From the IMG/VR virus record IMGVR_UViG_2636416074_000001, positions 1 to 39,587 of that record: DNA of 39,587 bases. One strand, written 5' to 3'. The notes beneath the pieces are model-generated. The model made no database searches. It saw nothing but the letters and a program-made list of their open reading frames with translations, and had not been told where the DNA came from. This DNA is from a virus. This document shows, piece by piece, positions 24,089 to 31,570 of the stretch; position 1 is the stretch's first letter; each line of letters starts with the position of its first letter. The position numbers and the translations under genes are program-made.

Positions 24089-26550
24089 CAATTGCTATTT
24101 TTACGTATATAAGCTCGCTGAACGCCGTACTCTTTTCCGAACCTTAAGGTACCTTTCTTGGTGGAATCGTTCGGTTTCCATCCTGGCATGTTTCTCAGAA
24201 TATCGTTGATTTCTCTCCGGTCCTGAGCCCGAAACAGATTCCGACTATTGCCTAAACACTCCACCCAGATTTCCAAGGCACATACACGATCCCGGATCAT
24301 GGTCCCTTCCGGACTATCCCCGAAGTCGCTGTCCAAAAATGTCCGTCTCTCACCGATGTCTCTCTCATACCAGTCCTCTGGCAATTTGGTATCCAAGTAC
24401 TCTTGTACAAGGCCGAACCATGGCGACTCCTCCGTGTGTGCTTCCTGCGTTTCCTTCATCTCTGCTTCCAATCCATCCGGGAGAAATAGAGGTTCCTGCT
24501 GTTCATACCGGTGCTTCGCTTCTGCCCATAACTGGTTGATATCGTCATCCGTCAGGTCTTTCCATGAGAATAACTGCTTGTCGGCATTGACTGTCACCGG
24601 CCAGAAACGACGGTTCCCTGTCTTATCTTTCAGGAACGTCACATCGTTCGTGGTGCCGAAGAACACGCACTGCCGAGGGAAGTCTTCAATGTTCTTTCCG
24701 TAAGCGACGCGGTACCGGTCCTCCTGTTTGGAGATGAAGTGCTTAATCGATTCGACATCCGTTTTCCGTGTAGCCGATAATTCCCCGAGCTCGATGATCC
24801 AGGCACCCTGCAATTGTTCAAAGGCTTCTTTTCCCGTCACCGTCGTCACAGAGTCACTGAACCACTGCTGCCCCATACGGTTGATCAGCATCGATTTCCC
24901 TATCCCTTGCGGTCCGTAAAGCGTAAGCATGTAGTCGAATTTAATGCCGGGTTCCATAATACGAGCAACCGCAGCTGTGAATGCTTTTCGGGTGACAGCT
25001 CGGTTCAGGTCACTGTCCTCGGCTCCCAGGTAATCAATAAGAAGCGTGTCCAGTCGTTCCGTGCCGTCCCATTCAAGGGACGTCAGGTAATCACGGACAG
25101 GGTGAAACGAATGCCTCTCACTCATCACTTTCACTGCGTCCTCCGTCTTCGCTTTGTTGTAGATGCCGTAAAAGCGCTCCAGATAATCCCGTAATCCCGC
25201 ATCATCGCCGTCGGTCCAGTGGTCCATGTTCGCTTTTCGCCATGGCACGTCTTTCAAGAGCGTCAGGCGCTGCGTGAATTCATTCGTAGCAATACGCTTC
25301 TTCACGAACGGGTCATTCTCTAAGATGAGCAGGATATTCGGCACACTGGCATCGACTTCGCCCTGTTTATTCAGAACAAGCTTTTTCGTCCATTTCTCCT
25401 TCTTTTCGTCACCGTCGTCGTGATCCGGCCATTCGGTATCTTCGACATCCAGTTCATCGAACTCTTCTTTTGCAGCTTCCATCCGTTCTTCCGCGACTTT
25501 CGCTTTGACTTCTTCATCGTTCTGAGCCAGATCCCGCATGGCCTTGTAAGACGGAAGTTCAGTAACCTTGGCATCCGGTTTCGCATCTTCATCCTGTTCG
25601 CTGAACAAGTGCATCCGTACAAAGTCGAACGCATTCACCAACATGCTGCTCGTCGGGTCAGTGCCGTGGTGGCTGTACGCGAATTTCCCGTTATCGTAGA
25701 GAACGAGACCGCCGGCGGTGCTTCCTTCGTTGTACGTGTACCGGTCCTCCTGGTAATACTCATAGACGCCCGGGAGAAACGCCTCCATCGCACCTTCAAT
25801 GGAATACGTGCGGTTGAACGTTCCGACGAGCCCCGGCTTCTCATAAGGGTCGCCCTGCTTATCGGCTAACCTTTTATAATCCTGCTGTTGCCGTGAGGAG
25901 GCAGGCCACTCTAAGGGATCTCGCCAGTCGATATACTTGTTCAGAACATCGTCCGGGTCGAGCCAGGTTTCATCCTGATACGTGAAAATGAACTCTGCAT
26001 CTTCACTGGTGCTCGGCCAGTACATCAAACGGTGCGCCTGATACGTCGTATCATCGAAGTAGTCGATGCCGATCTGTTCCGCAACCTTTTTCCCTATGGC
26101 GACATACTCTTCTGCCGTTACCGGTCGGGAGAGAGGTGCGATAAAGCGAAGACGTGGTCGGTACTCCCGGTGCTTGTGCGTGGAATAAAGGGCATAGGCA
26201 TGGCCGAAGAGCATGTCAATGATCTCCGGCATCCCTTCTTCCCCGTAGTCGATATCAAGCGTGAGAAGGGTTCGGTTGAACACATTTCCCGCTTTCCGGC
26301 GGCCTTCTTTCAACATACCGCCGACGAACCCTCCCACGTCTTTGATCTCATCCTGCTGGGCCTTCTTCATTTTCAGGTATTCCGTGGCTGACTCTTTGGT
26401 TCGGACCGTTTCGCTGATACGTGTAAGGAAGTCGGACCAGGTCAGCTCTTTGTTCCTCCAGTGTTTCGCCATGCGGTTATCAGCTGTCGCAATACTGAGC
26501 TCTCCATCATGCTGTAAGTGTTTCAATTTGTTTGGCTTTTCCAGTTTCAT
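24088..26550 (-). CDS. DNA primase / VirE (D5-like) helicase fusion
   Basis: 820 aa. Walker A YGPQGIGKS in a VirE-type C-terminal half; primase-like N-terminal half. Confidence 0.8.
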   Translation of the reverse strand: MKLEKPNKLKHLQHDGELSIATADNRMAKHWRNKELTWSDFLTRISETVRTKESATEYLKMKKAQQDEIKDVGGFVGGMLKEGRRKAGNVFNRTLLTLDIDYGEEGMPEIIDMLFGHAYALYSTHKHREYRPRLRFIAPLSRPVTAEEYVAIGKKVAEQIGIDYFDDTTYQAHRLMYWPSTSEDAEFIFTYQDETWLDPDDVLNKYIDWRDPLEWPASSRQQQDYKRLADKQGDPYEKPGLVGTFNRTYSIEGAMEAFLPGVYEYYQEDRYTYNEGSTAGGLVLYDNGKFAYSHHGTDPTSSMLVNAFDFVRMHLFSEQDEDAKPDAKVTELPSYKAMRDLAQNDEEVKAKVAEERMEAAKEEFDELDVEDTEWPDHDDGDEKKEKWTKKLVLNKQGEVDASVPNILLILENDPFVKKRIATNEFTQRLTLLKDVPWRKANMDHWTDGDDAGLRDYLERFYGIYNKAKTEDAVKVMSERHSFHPVRDYLTSLEWDGTERLDTLLIDYLGAEDSDLNRAVTRKAFTAAVARIMEPGIKFDYMLTLYGPQGIGKSMLINRMGQQWFSDSVTTVTGKEAFEQLQGAWIIELGELSATRKTDVESIKHFISKQEDRYRVAYGKNIEDFPRQCVFFGTTNDVTFLKDKTGNRRFWPVTVNADKQLFSWKDLTDDDINQLWAEAKHRYEQQEPLFLPDGLEAEMKETQEAHTEESPWFGLVQEYLDTKLPEDWYERDIGERRTFLDSDFGDSPEGTMIRDRVCALEIWVECLGNSRNLFRAQDRREINDILRNMPGWKPNDSTKKGTLRFGKEYGVQRAYIRKNSN

Positions 26551-26568
26551 CCGACAACCCTCTTTTCT

Positions 26569-27813
26569 TTATCCGAGCTTTACTAGTTCTAGGAGATGAT
26601 GAGACTTTCTCGAGTTGTAGTCTGCGAATTCGTGAGCTTTCTTCAATTGACTGTTCAAATTATCAATGCGGGACTGATACTCTTTGCAGTCGTAATCATG
26701 ATGTTGTGTTTTTCGCTCTAGCTCTACTTGCAGAGATTCATATTTTTCGAGAAGGTCATTATGCTGTTCTTGTTGGTTCACCAAATCAGTCTGTAGAGCC
26801 TGCACTTTCTTCCAAACGTCCTCACATTCCGACTGGTAATGATTCGCACGCTCCTTCGCCTGATCGTACTGTTCATTTGCTTCATCCAACTGAGCTTTCA
26901 ACTGCTTCGATCGTTCTTGCTCTTCTTCGAGCTGCTTCTGTAGGTCTGAGCTTGGTTTCACGTTAGCCTTTGCAGGAGCATCTTCCTTCTTGCTAGATTT
27001 GTCACGTAGCTGTCTCGCATAGTAGTAAACGGTTTTAATATTGGTTCCCGTCTCTTTCGCAATCTCTTTGGCCGTAAGATCCGTATCTTCCAACATCGTT
27101 TTTGCTTTATCAATATCACCTTGAGCCATCATGTTCCCCTCCTGGTAGTTGTGATAGTGTTCAGCCACTTTCTTGATGAGCCGTCCAATATGAGGTTGTG
27201 ATACCTCTAATATGTCACTAATTTCTTGCTGAGATCGCCCTTCCATTTTTAATTCCATAATCTCTTTTAAACGCGGTGGTAAACCTGCAAGGAATTCTTT
27301 TACGAAGATTTCTGTTGTATCTTCGGAATCACTCAACATATCAAGGTAAGTAATTCCACCATCCTCGGTATCCACTTCCTTATCGAGAGAATGGACGTGA
27401 GACTTATATAGAAGCGCGTTTCGAACATCTGATTCACGAACATTTAATGTTTCAGCAACTTCATGAATTGGTCTGTCGTAAAGATCTTGCTTGGCCATTT
27501 CAATGGAAACGTTATGAGCCTTCCTTCCATACTTGACCAAAGTGCTTTTTTCACGAAGGTATTTTTTAACGTGACCACTGATATACTGAGCAGCATAGGT
27601 GATGAACTTGAACCCATAATCTTCGTTGAATTTATGGAAAGCTTTCATGAGGCCCTCAACACCCACGTTGAAAAGCTCTTCCTTATCAATCCCGACTTTT
27701 TTGCCTTGCCTCGACCAATGCTGGTGTGCGATTTTCCAGATGAACTTTTCATGTTTGGCAAAGAGGTCGTCTGCTGTTATCCATTCACCTTCAATTAATC
27801 GCTTTTCATCCAT
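26569..27813 (-). CDS. Sigma-70 family (group 3, SigF/SigB-like) protein with an extra HTH and a long C-terminal coiled coil
   Basis: Region 2 FITYAAQYISGHVKKYLRE. Region 4 RSQQEISDILEVSQPHIGRLIKK. Then DLTAKEIAKETGTNIKTVYYYARQL and about 130 aa of heptad-rich sequence. Start set at ATG 27813. Confidence 0.7.
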   Translation of the reverse strand: MDEKRLIEGEWITADDLFAKHEKFIWKIAHQHWSRQGKKVGIDKEELFNVGVEGLMKAFHKFNEDYGFKFITYAAQYISGHVKKYLREKSTLVKYGRKAHNVSIEMAKQDLYDRPIHEVAETLNVRESDVRNALLYKSHVHSLDKEVDTEDGGITYLDMLSDSEDTTEIFVKEFLAGLPPRLKEIMELKMEGRSQQEISDILEVSQPHIGRLIKKVAEHYHNYQEGNMMAQGDIDKAKTMLEDTDLTAKEIAKETGTNIKTVYYYARQLRDKSSKKEDAPAKANVKPSSDLQKQLEEEQERSKQLKAQLDEANEQYDQAKERANHYQSECEDVWKKVQALQTDLVNQQEQHNDLLEKYESLQVELERKTQHHDYDCKEYQSRIDNLNSQLKKAHEFADYNSRKSHHLLELVKLG

Positions 27814-28291
27814 GCACAGCCTTCTCCCGTTTCTTTTGCTCACGTTCAATGGCAGCCTCTTTTCTCGAAGCTTTAGGTTTTGTTACTGCAACTTCCGGAT
27901 CCCAGTTCAGATTACGAATGCGATGGTAAATGACATGATAAGCTAGCCCATTCTTTCTTGCTTTATCTCTGTAATACTTAGGGATTACAGGATTGTCATG
28001 AGCATGAGGAGCAGTCGCAGCTTTTTCTTTGCTCCATCCCATAACCCTACGAGAAATGAACAACTGCCATGGAATACCATTCGCTTCACATAAATCTCTC
28101 CACTTCTGGTCATATTTCTGACACCGTTCTTGCCGAGACATGACATGATGTGTTTTTGCTTTCTTCACCGTCCAGCCATACACTTCCACACGCTGATAGA
28201 AGTTCTTGTAGCTGATCCCATTCTCCGCAGCTTCCTTGACGTCTTTAAGCGTCCATACATAATCGTCATGCCATTTATCAATGTCGATCAT
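27806..28291 (-). CDS. Hypothetical protein with three tandem HTH-like repeats
   Basis: Three roughly 33-aa repeats containing NG[IL].[YW]..[FI]..R....[GN]W....A.T.P. Start set at ATG 28291 after GGGAGGAGGAA. Confidence 0.6.
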   Translation of the reverse strand: MIDIDKWHDDYVWTLKDVKEAAENGISYKNFYQRVEVYGWTVKKAKTHHVMSRQERCQKYDQKWRDLCEANGIPWQLFISRRVMGWSKEKAATAPHAHDNPVIPKYYRDKARKNGLAYHVIYHRIRNLNWDPEVAVTKPKASRKEAAIEREQKKREKAVHG

Positions 28292-28449
28292 GATGTTTCC
28301 TCCTCCCATCCATACCGATTAATCTGAGATCGTAACGCCTGATAATGCTTGTCCGTCGTGCCAGTGATGTAGCCGAGCAGTTTATTGTCGGAGAGACGAA
28401 CAGCTTTGAGCTGCCCGTCGTTCTCCTGGATCGTATATTTGTTGGTCAT
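28288..28449 (-). CDS. Hypothetical protein (53 aa)
   Basis: Own translation: MTNKYTIQENDGQLKAVRLSDNKLLGYITGTTDKHYQALRSQINRYGWEEETS. ATGA overlaps at both ends. Confidence 0.55.
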   Translation of the reverse strand: MTNKYTIQENDGQLKAVRLSDNKLLGYITGTTDKHYQALRSQINRYGWEEETS

Positions 28450-28658
28450 GAAAGCTCACCTTTGATTTCGTCGTACATCAGGTTATCGACGGTCATGGAT
28501 GCGAACCACTGATCTCTTCGTAGTTTGCTGAAGTCCAGGTCTAAGTGGTCGGCAGGCGTTAGTGCTCCGTTCTCGTGTTTATAGAAAAGGTACTTGGTCT
28601 CATCGTTCTGGATCATGTCCATCATTCGCTCAAAAGCGATTTCTACATATATGGTCAT
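28446..28658 (-). CDS. Hypothetical protein (70 aa)
   Basis: ORF track gives 28446..28721. I trimmed it to the ATG at 28658 after GAGAGGAG. Confidence 0.55.
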   Translation of the reverse strand: MTIYVEIAFERMMDMIQNDETKYLFYKHENGALTPADHLDLDFSKLRRDQWFASMTVDNLMYDEIKGELS

Positions 28659-28693
28659 TGGTGAATTCTCCTCTCTTTTGTTGCGGATGTCTG

Positions 28694-28897
28694 TCATGCT
28701 TTGTGAACAATTAACTCCCATTCATTAATGGCTCTGTCCATAAGTTCATTTGTGAAGCAAAATTCCCCATTTTCTGCAAGAAGTATTACACGCTCGTTAT
28801 CCTTTTGTAGCACACCATATTTAATGCCTTTATAGAATATCCGACCCTCTGCTTCAAAATGATCTTGGGGTTCTATATAATAAAGAACTTCATTCAT
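28694..28897 (-). CDS. Hypothetical protein (67 aa)
   Basis: ORF track; preceded by the same 21-nt SD-containing repeat as the next gene. Confidence 0.6.
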   Translation of the reverse strand: MNEVLYYIEPQDHFEAEGRIFYKGIKYGVLQKDNERVILLAENGEFCFTNELMDRAINEWELIVHKA

Positions 28898-28943
28898 ACT
28901 TATTGCTCCTCTCTTTTGTTGCGGATAATCGTCGGTTAGTGTC

Positions 28944-29150
28944 TTAATCTATAACAGACCATCCAGAATCTAAGAAGTTCTGCTCCCATTCTTCGTGCAT
29001 CTCCTGTAAGTCGGCCTCAATGTCATCCGCAGGACTTTTATCTAACATCTCCTGAGTGAACCCTAATTCTTCCAACGTTTTAGTTTCCTCTTCTTTCCAC
29101 CTTCCTAAAGAGAGCATGAAAAGTATTTTTGTATCAAGTGTGTATTTCAC
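28944..29150 (-). CDS. Hypothetical acidic protein (68 aa)
   Basis: ORF track; GTG start after AGAGGAGGA; GTGA overlap with the upstream peptide gene. Confidence 0.55.
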   Translation of the reverse strand: MKYTLDTKILFMLSLGRWKEEETKTLEELGFTQEMLDKSPADDIEADLQEMHEEWEQNFLDSGWSVID

Positions 29151-29245
29151 TTTTGATCCTCCTCTATTTTTTCTTTGAAGCTGTAAGTTAACCCCGACAA
29201 TGACCCTATAATCCAGCCGAGCAGAAATATGATTGTATAGTCCAT
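29147..29245 (-). CDS. Small single-TM peptide (32 aa)
   Basis: Own translation: MDYTIIFLLGWIIGSLSGLTYSFKEKIEEDQK. SD AAGGAGCGAGAG. Stop overlaps the next start. Confidence 0.5.
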   Translation of the reverse strand: MDYTIIFLLGWIIGSLSGLTYSFKEKIEEDQK

Positions 29246-29293
29246 CGCTCTCGCTCCTTTTTGTTGTACTAAATGTGTCTGATTCGCTTTACT

Positions 29294-29515
29294 CTAATCC
29301 TGTTTCCGGCGTTGTTTTAAAAACTGTTCTATTAACGCCGCCCAGTTCTTTTGCAAGGCTTCATCGTCCTCATCAGCTACGTTAGACATAATGTTTTCGA
29401 TATGGTTTCTGAATGTGCGGTATTCGTCTCCACATTCTCTACAGGTAATGTAACCCTCAACCTCAATCAAATCGTCTTTCATTTCTAAACAAACCCCGCA
29501 TATCCCTTTGTTCAT
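29294..29515 (-). CDS. Zinc-ribbon protein (CxxC...CxxC), hypothetical
   Basis: MNKGICGVCLEMKDDLIEVEGYITCRECGDEY. Start set at ATG 29515 so that it does not overlap the upstream peptide gene. Confidence 0.55.
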   Translation of the reverse strand: MNKGICGVCLEMKDDLIEVEGYITCRECGDEYRTFRNHIENIMSNVADEDDEALQKNWAALIEQFLKQRRKQD

Positions 29516-29549
29516 TCCATTCAACTCTCCTTTTACTGAGTCTGATGCG

Positions 29550-29696
29550 TTACTTTTCTGTTCCATCTGGACCTGATACTAAAGCTGGTATAAGCAAAGC
29601 CCATAATGCCACTAAGCTTTCTGTAATAAATATTCCTGTGCTAATTGCAATCGCTGAAGATATCCAAACAATTGCATAAGCTGTCGTTGCTTTCAT
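29550..29696 (-). CDS. Small two-TM membrane peptide (48 aa)
   Basis: Own translation: MKATTAYAIVWISSAIAISTGIFITESLVALWALLIPALVSGPDGTEK. SD GAGGAG with a 9-nt spacer. Confidence 0.5.
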   Translation of the reverse strand: MKATTAYAIVWISSAIAISTGIFITESLVALWALLIPALVSGPDGTEK

Positions 29697-29711
29697 TAAG
29701 CTTCACTCCTC

Positions 29712-29987
29712 TCAATTATTCGGATCGTACACATACCGCCGGCCATCGTAGCTGATAACGGAAGGTAAGCCTTTCTTCATCTTCAAATGCTCGACCGATC
29801 GGAGGCGTCTGTTTTCCTTAGCCAGGTACTGACACATATCGATCGCTTCTTCCAATGCCATCTGATTCCAGTCATAATCACTGTGGGACGCTTCTTCTAA
29901 GGTTGTTCCGTACGTTTCGATGCCCTTTTGTTCCTGCTGGTCGAGCATGTCATTAATGATGCGTTTGACTGGTCTCATTTGCCCCAC
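29712..29987 (-). CDS. Hypothetical protein (possibly dATP/dGTP diphosphohydrolase N-terminal-like)
   Basis: ORF track. The motif KGIETYGTTL...ALEEAIDMCQYL is only a weak recollection of that family. Confidence 0.45.
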   Translation of the reverse strand: MGQMRPVKRIINDMLDQQEQKGIETYGTTLEEASHSDYDWNQMALEEAIDMCQYLAKENRRLRSVEHLKMKKGLPSVISYDGRRYVYDPNN

Positions 29988-30322
29988 CCTTTCAGATTCA
30001 GAATAGCTGTATCGATCTCGTCTTCCTTGATTGGTCGTTTCCGTTTCTCTTGATTCCGGAGATGCGAGTATCGAACCCGCAACTCCTGGATGGTAGCTTT
30101 CAAGTGTTTCTGTTCCTGTAATAGTTTCTTGCGACGGACACTGTGTTTGGTAGCAGGAAGCACCGTTTTCTCGATATAGGTGAGTCGGCTTTGGTGAGCG
30201 TTGATATCGGACTGGAGGTCGGCTAAACGAAGGCGAGTATTCAGTCCTCTGCTAAATGCGTTGACTCTCTCCATGAATTGTCTACCAATGTTACGAAGTG
30301 CTTCTGCAAGATTTGTGGTCAT
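29975..30322 (-). CDS. Hypothetical coiled-coil basic protein
   Basis: ORF track; TAATG overlap with the upstream peptide gene. Confidence 0.55.
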   Translation of the reverse strand: MTTNLAEALRNIGRQFMERVNAFSRGLNTRLRLADLQSDINAHQSRLTYIEKTVLPATKHSVRRKKLLQEQKHLKATIQELRVRYSHLRNQEKRKRPIKEDEIDTAILNLKGWGK

Positions 30323-30486
30323 TAGCTTCGCTCCTTTTTCAGTTCACTAATATCCGTGATCATGGACATTTGCATGAAAAGAATACCAAGTATCATTAGT
30401 GAAACTGATGTGTGAAAAGAGTCTATAAACAATGTTGAGAAAAACAGTGCAACAGAGAGTATTTGGTAAATTGGTTTCATCTTCAT
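30322..30486 (-). CDS. Small two-TM membrane peptide (54 aa)
   Basis: Own translation: MKMKPIYQILSVALFFSTLFIDSFHTSVSLMILGILFMQMSMITDISELKKERS. ATGA overlap upstream and TAATG overlap downstream. Confidence 0.5.
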   Translation of the reverse strand: MKMKPIYQILSVALFFSTLFIDSFHTSVSLMILGILFMQMSMITDISELKKERS

Positions 30487-30698
30487 TCCGATTCCTCCAT
30501 CTCTTCTATAATGAGTTTGTAGTGGTGATCTAAAGCAATCCCTTCGTACAGTTCAATTCTCTCGGACTGTTGTCTGATGGTTTGTACAAGCTCTTTTACA
30601 TCATCCATTCGGTGTAGTACATGATCGATCCCTTTTGTGTGCATGAGTACGTTGTTTAAGTCTTTTTGAATCTCTTCCACTCGCTTCATATCCATCAC
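30483..30698 (-). CDS. Hypothetical protein (71 aa)
   Basis: ORF track; SD AGGAGGTAAGAG upstream. Confidence 0.55.
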   Translation of the reverse strand: MMDMKRVEEIQKDLNNVLMHTKGIDHVLHRMDDVKELVQTIRQQSERIELYEGIALDHHYKLIIEEMEESE

Positions 30699-30707
30699 TC
30701 TTACCTC

Positions 30708-30818
30708 CTATACAAATATCAGATAGCTGAATGTTTTCGGTTGGCTCTGATACACAATCACCCTGGTCAAAAGCTGGCCGTCCACTTCTTCGGTGTATTC
30801 TTTGACCCAGCGCTTCAT
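30708..30818 (-). CDS. Possible 36-aa ORF
   Basis: Own translation: MKRWVKEYTEEVDGQLLTRVIVYQSQPKTFSYLIFV. Weak SD. It fills an otherwise empty 120-nt gap. Confidence 0.25.
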   Translation of the reverse strand: MKRWVKEYTEEVDGQLLTRVIVYQSQPKTFSYLIFV

Positions 30819-30821
30819 GGT

Positions 30822-31310
30822 TTAATATCCGTTCCGTTGACGAAGGTGGTTTTCCAGATTCTTTGTCTTATAAGCTGTTTCGATTTCTTCTTCGGTGAAA
30901 CAGAGCATCTTCCCGAGCCCTCGAAATAAATCAAAGAGGATGATATAGTTTCTTTTTGATTTAAGATCATCAAAAGCACTAAGTTGTCTAAAGAGAGCGT
31001 TGAATTGCTGAGTTATCGTTTCAGCTTCGAAAGCTCCAGTTTCAGAAGCTTCCATCGGAATGACTCCTTCTAACCCGAGACTCAAGATAAAACTGAAGCA
31101 ATCTGCGTACTCTTCGAGCATCTTCTGTCTACGGGGCGTCTGGTCTTCACTCCAGAATTTGAACCTTCTCCATTCGTTCGCAAGCTCCCCAAGTTCAACA
31201 TAAAGAGCCAGTACCTTCTCCTTCATTAGATCCTCATCTTGCAATCCTTTTCTATCTCTGATGTGGTAATCGAGACCGCCCTGGATCTCGTACAGTTCCG
31301 TTAGATTCAT
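30822..31310 (-). CDS. Dimeric (all-alpha) dUTPase, dUTPase_2 family
   Basis: KVLALYVELGELANEWRRFKFW and EEYADCFSFILSLG motifs. Confidence 0.8.
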   Translation of the reverse strand: MNLTELYEIQGGLDYHIRDRKGLQDEDLMKEKVLALYVELGELANEWRRFKFWSEDQTPRRQKMLEEYADCFSFILSLGLEGVIPMEASETGAFEAETITQQFNALFRQLSAFDDLKSKRNYIILFDLFRGLGKMLCFTEEEIETAYKTKNLENHLRQRNGY

Positions 31311-31559
31311 TCACTCGTCCTCCTCTACACGGAGAGCGTATTCTTCTCGACTGATAGGTTCGAAATGTTCTGGTGCAATCCCCATTTGTCCAGCTACCAT
31401 GTACTTGATGTTTTCGTGAAAATTGTTATAGTCTTTCTCTTCAAGATCCACTCCGTTACCAGCGCTTACCTGTGTGTATGCTGGTCGGTCGTTGCCTTCC
31501 CCGTCATGCGCAATGCCTGCTTCTGCTGAAATGCGGTAACAAAATATCGGTTCTTTCAT
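31311..31559 (-). CDS. Hypothetical acidic protein (82 aa)
   Basis: ORF track; SD AGGAGGA. Confidence 0.55.
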   Translation of the reverse strand: MKEPIFCYRISAEAGIAHDGEGNDRPAYTQVSAGNGVDLEEKDYNNFHENIKYMVAGQMGIAPEHFEPISREEYALRVEEDE

Positions 31560-31570
31560 TTCTAATCCTC

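Noticed and set aside
27814-27849. Upstream start (27849) for the sigma ORF
   Set aside because: It would overlap the preceding gene by 44 nt. The ATG at 27813 has a GGGAGAAGG SD and only an 8-nt overlap.
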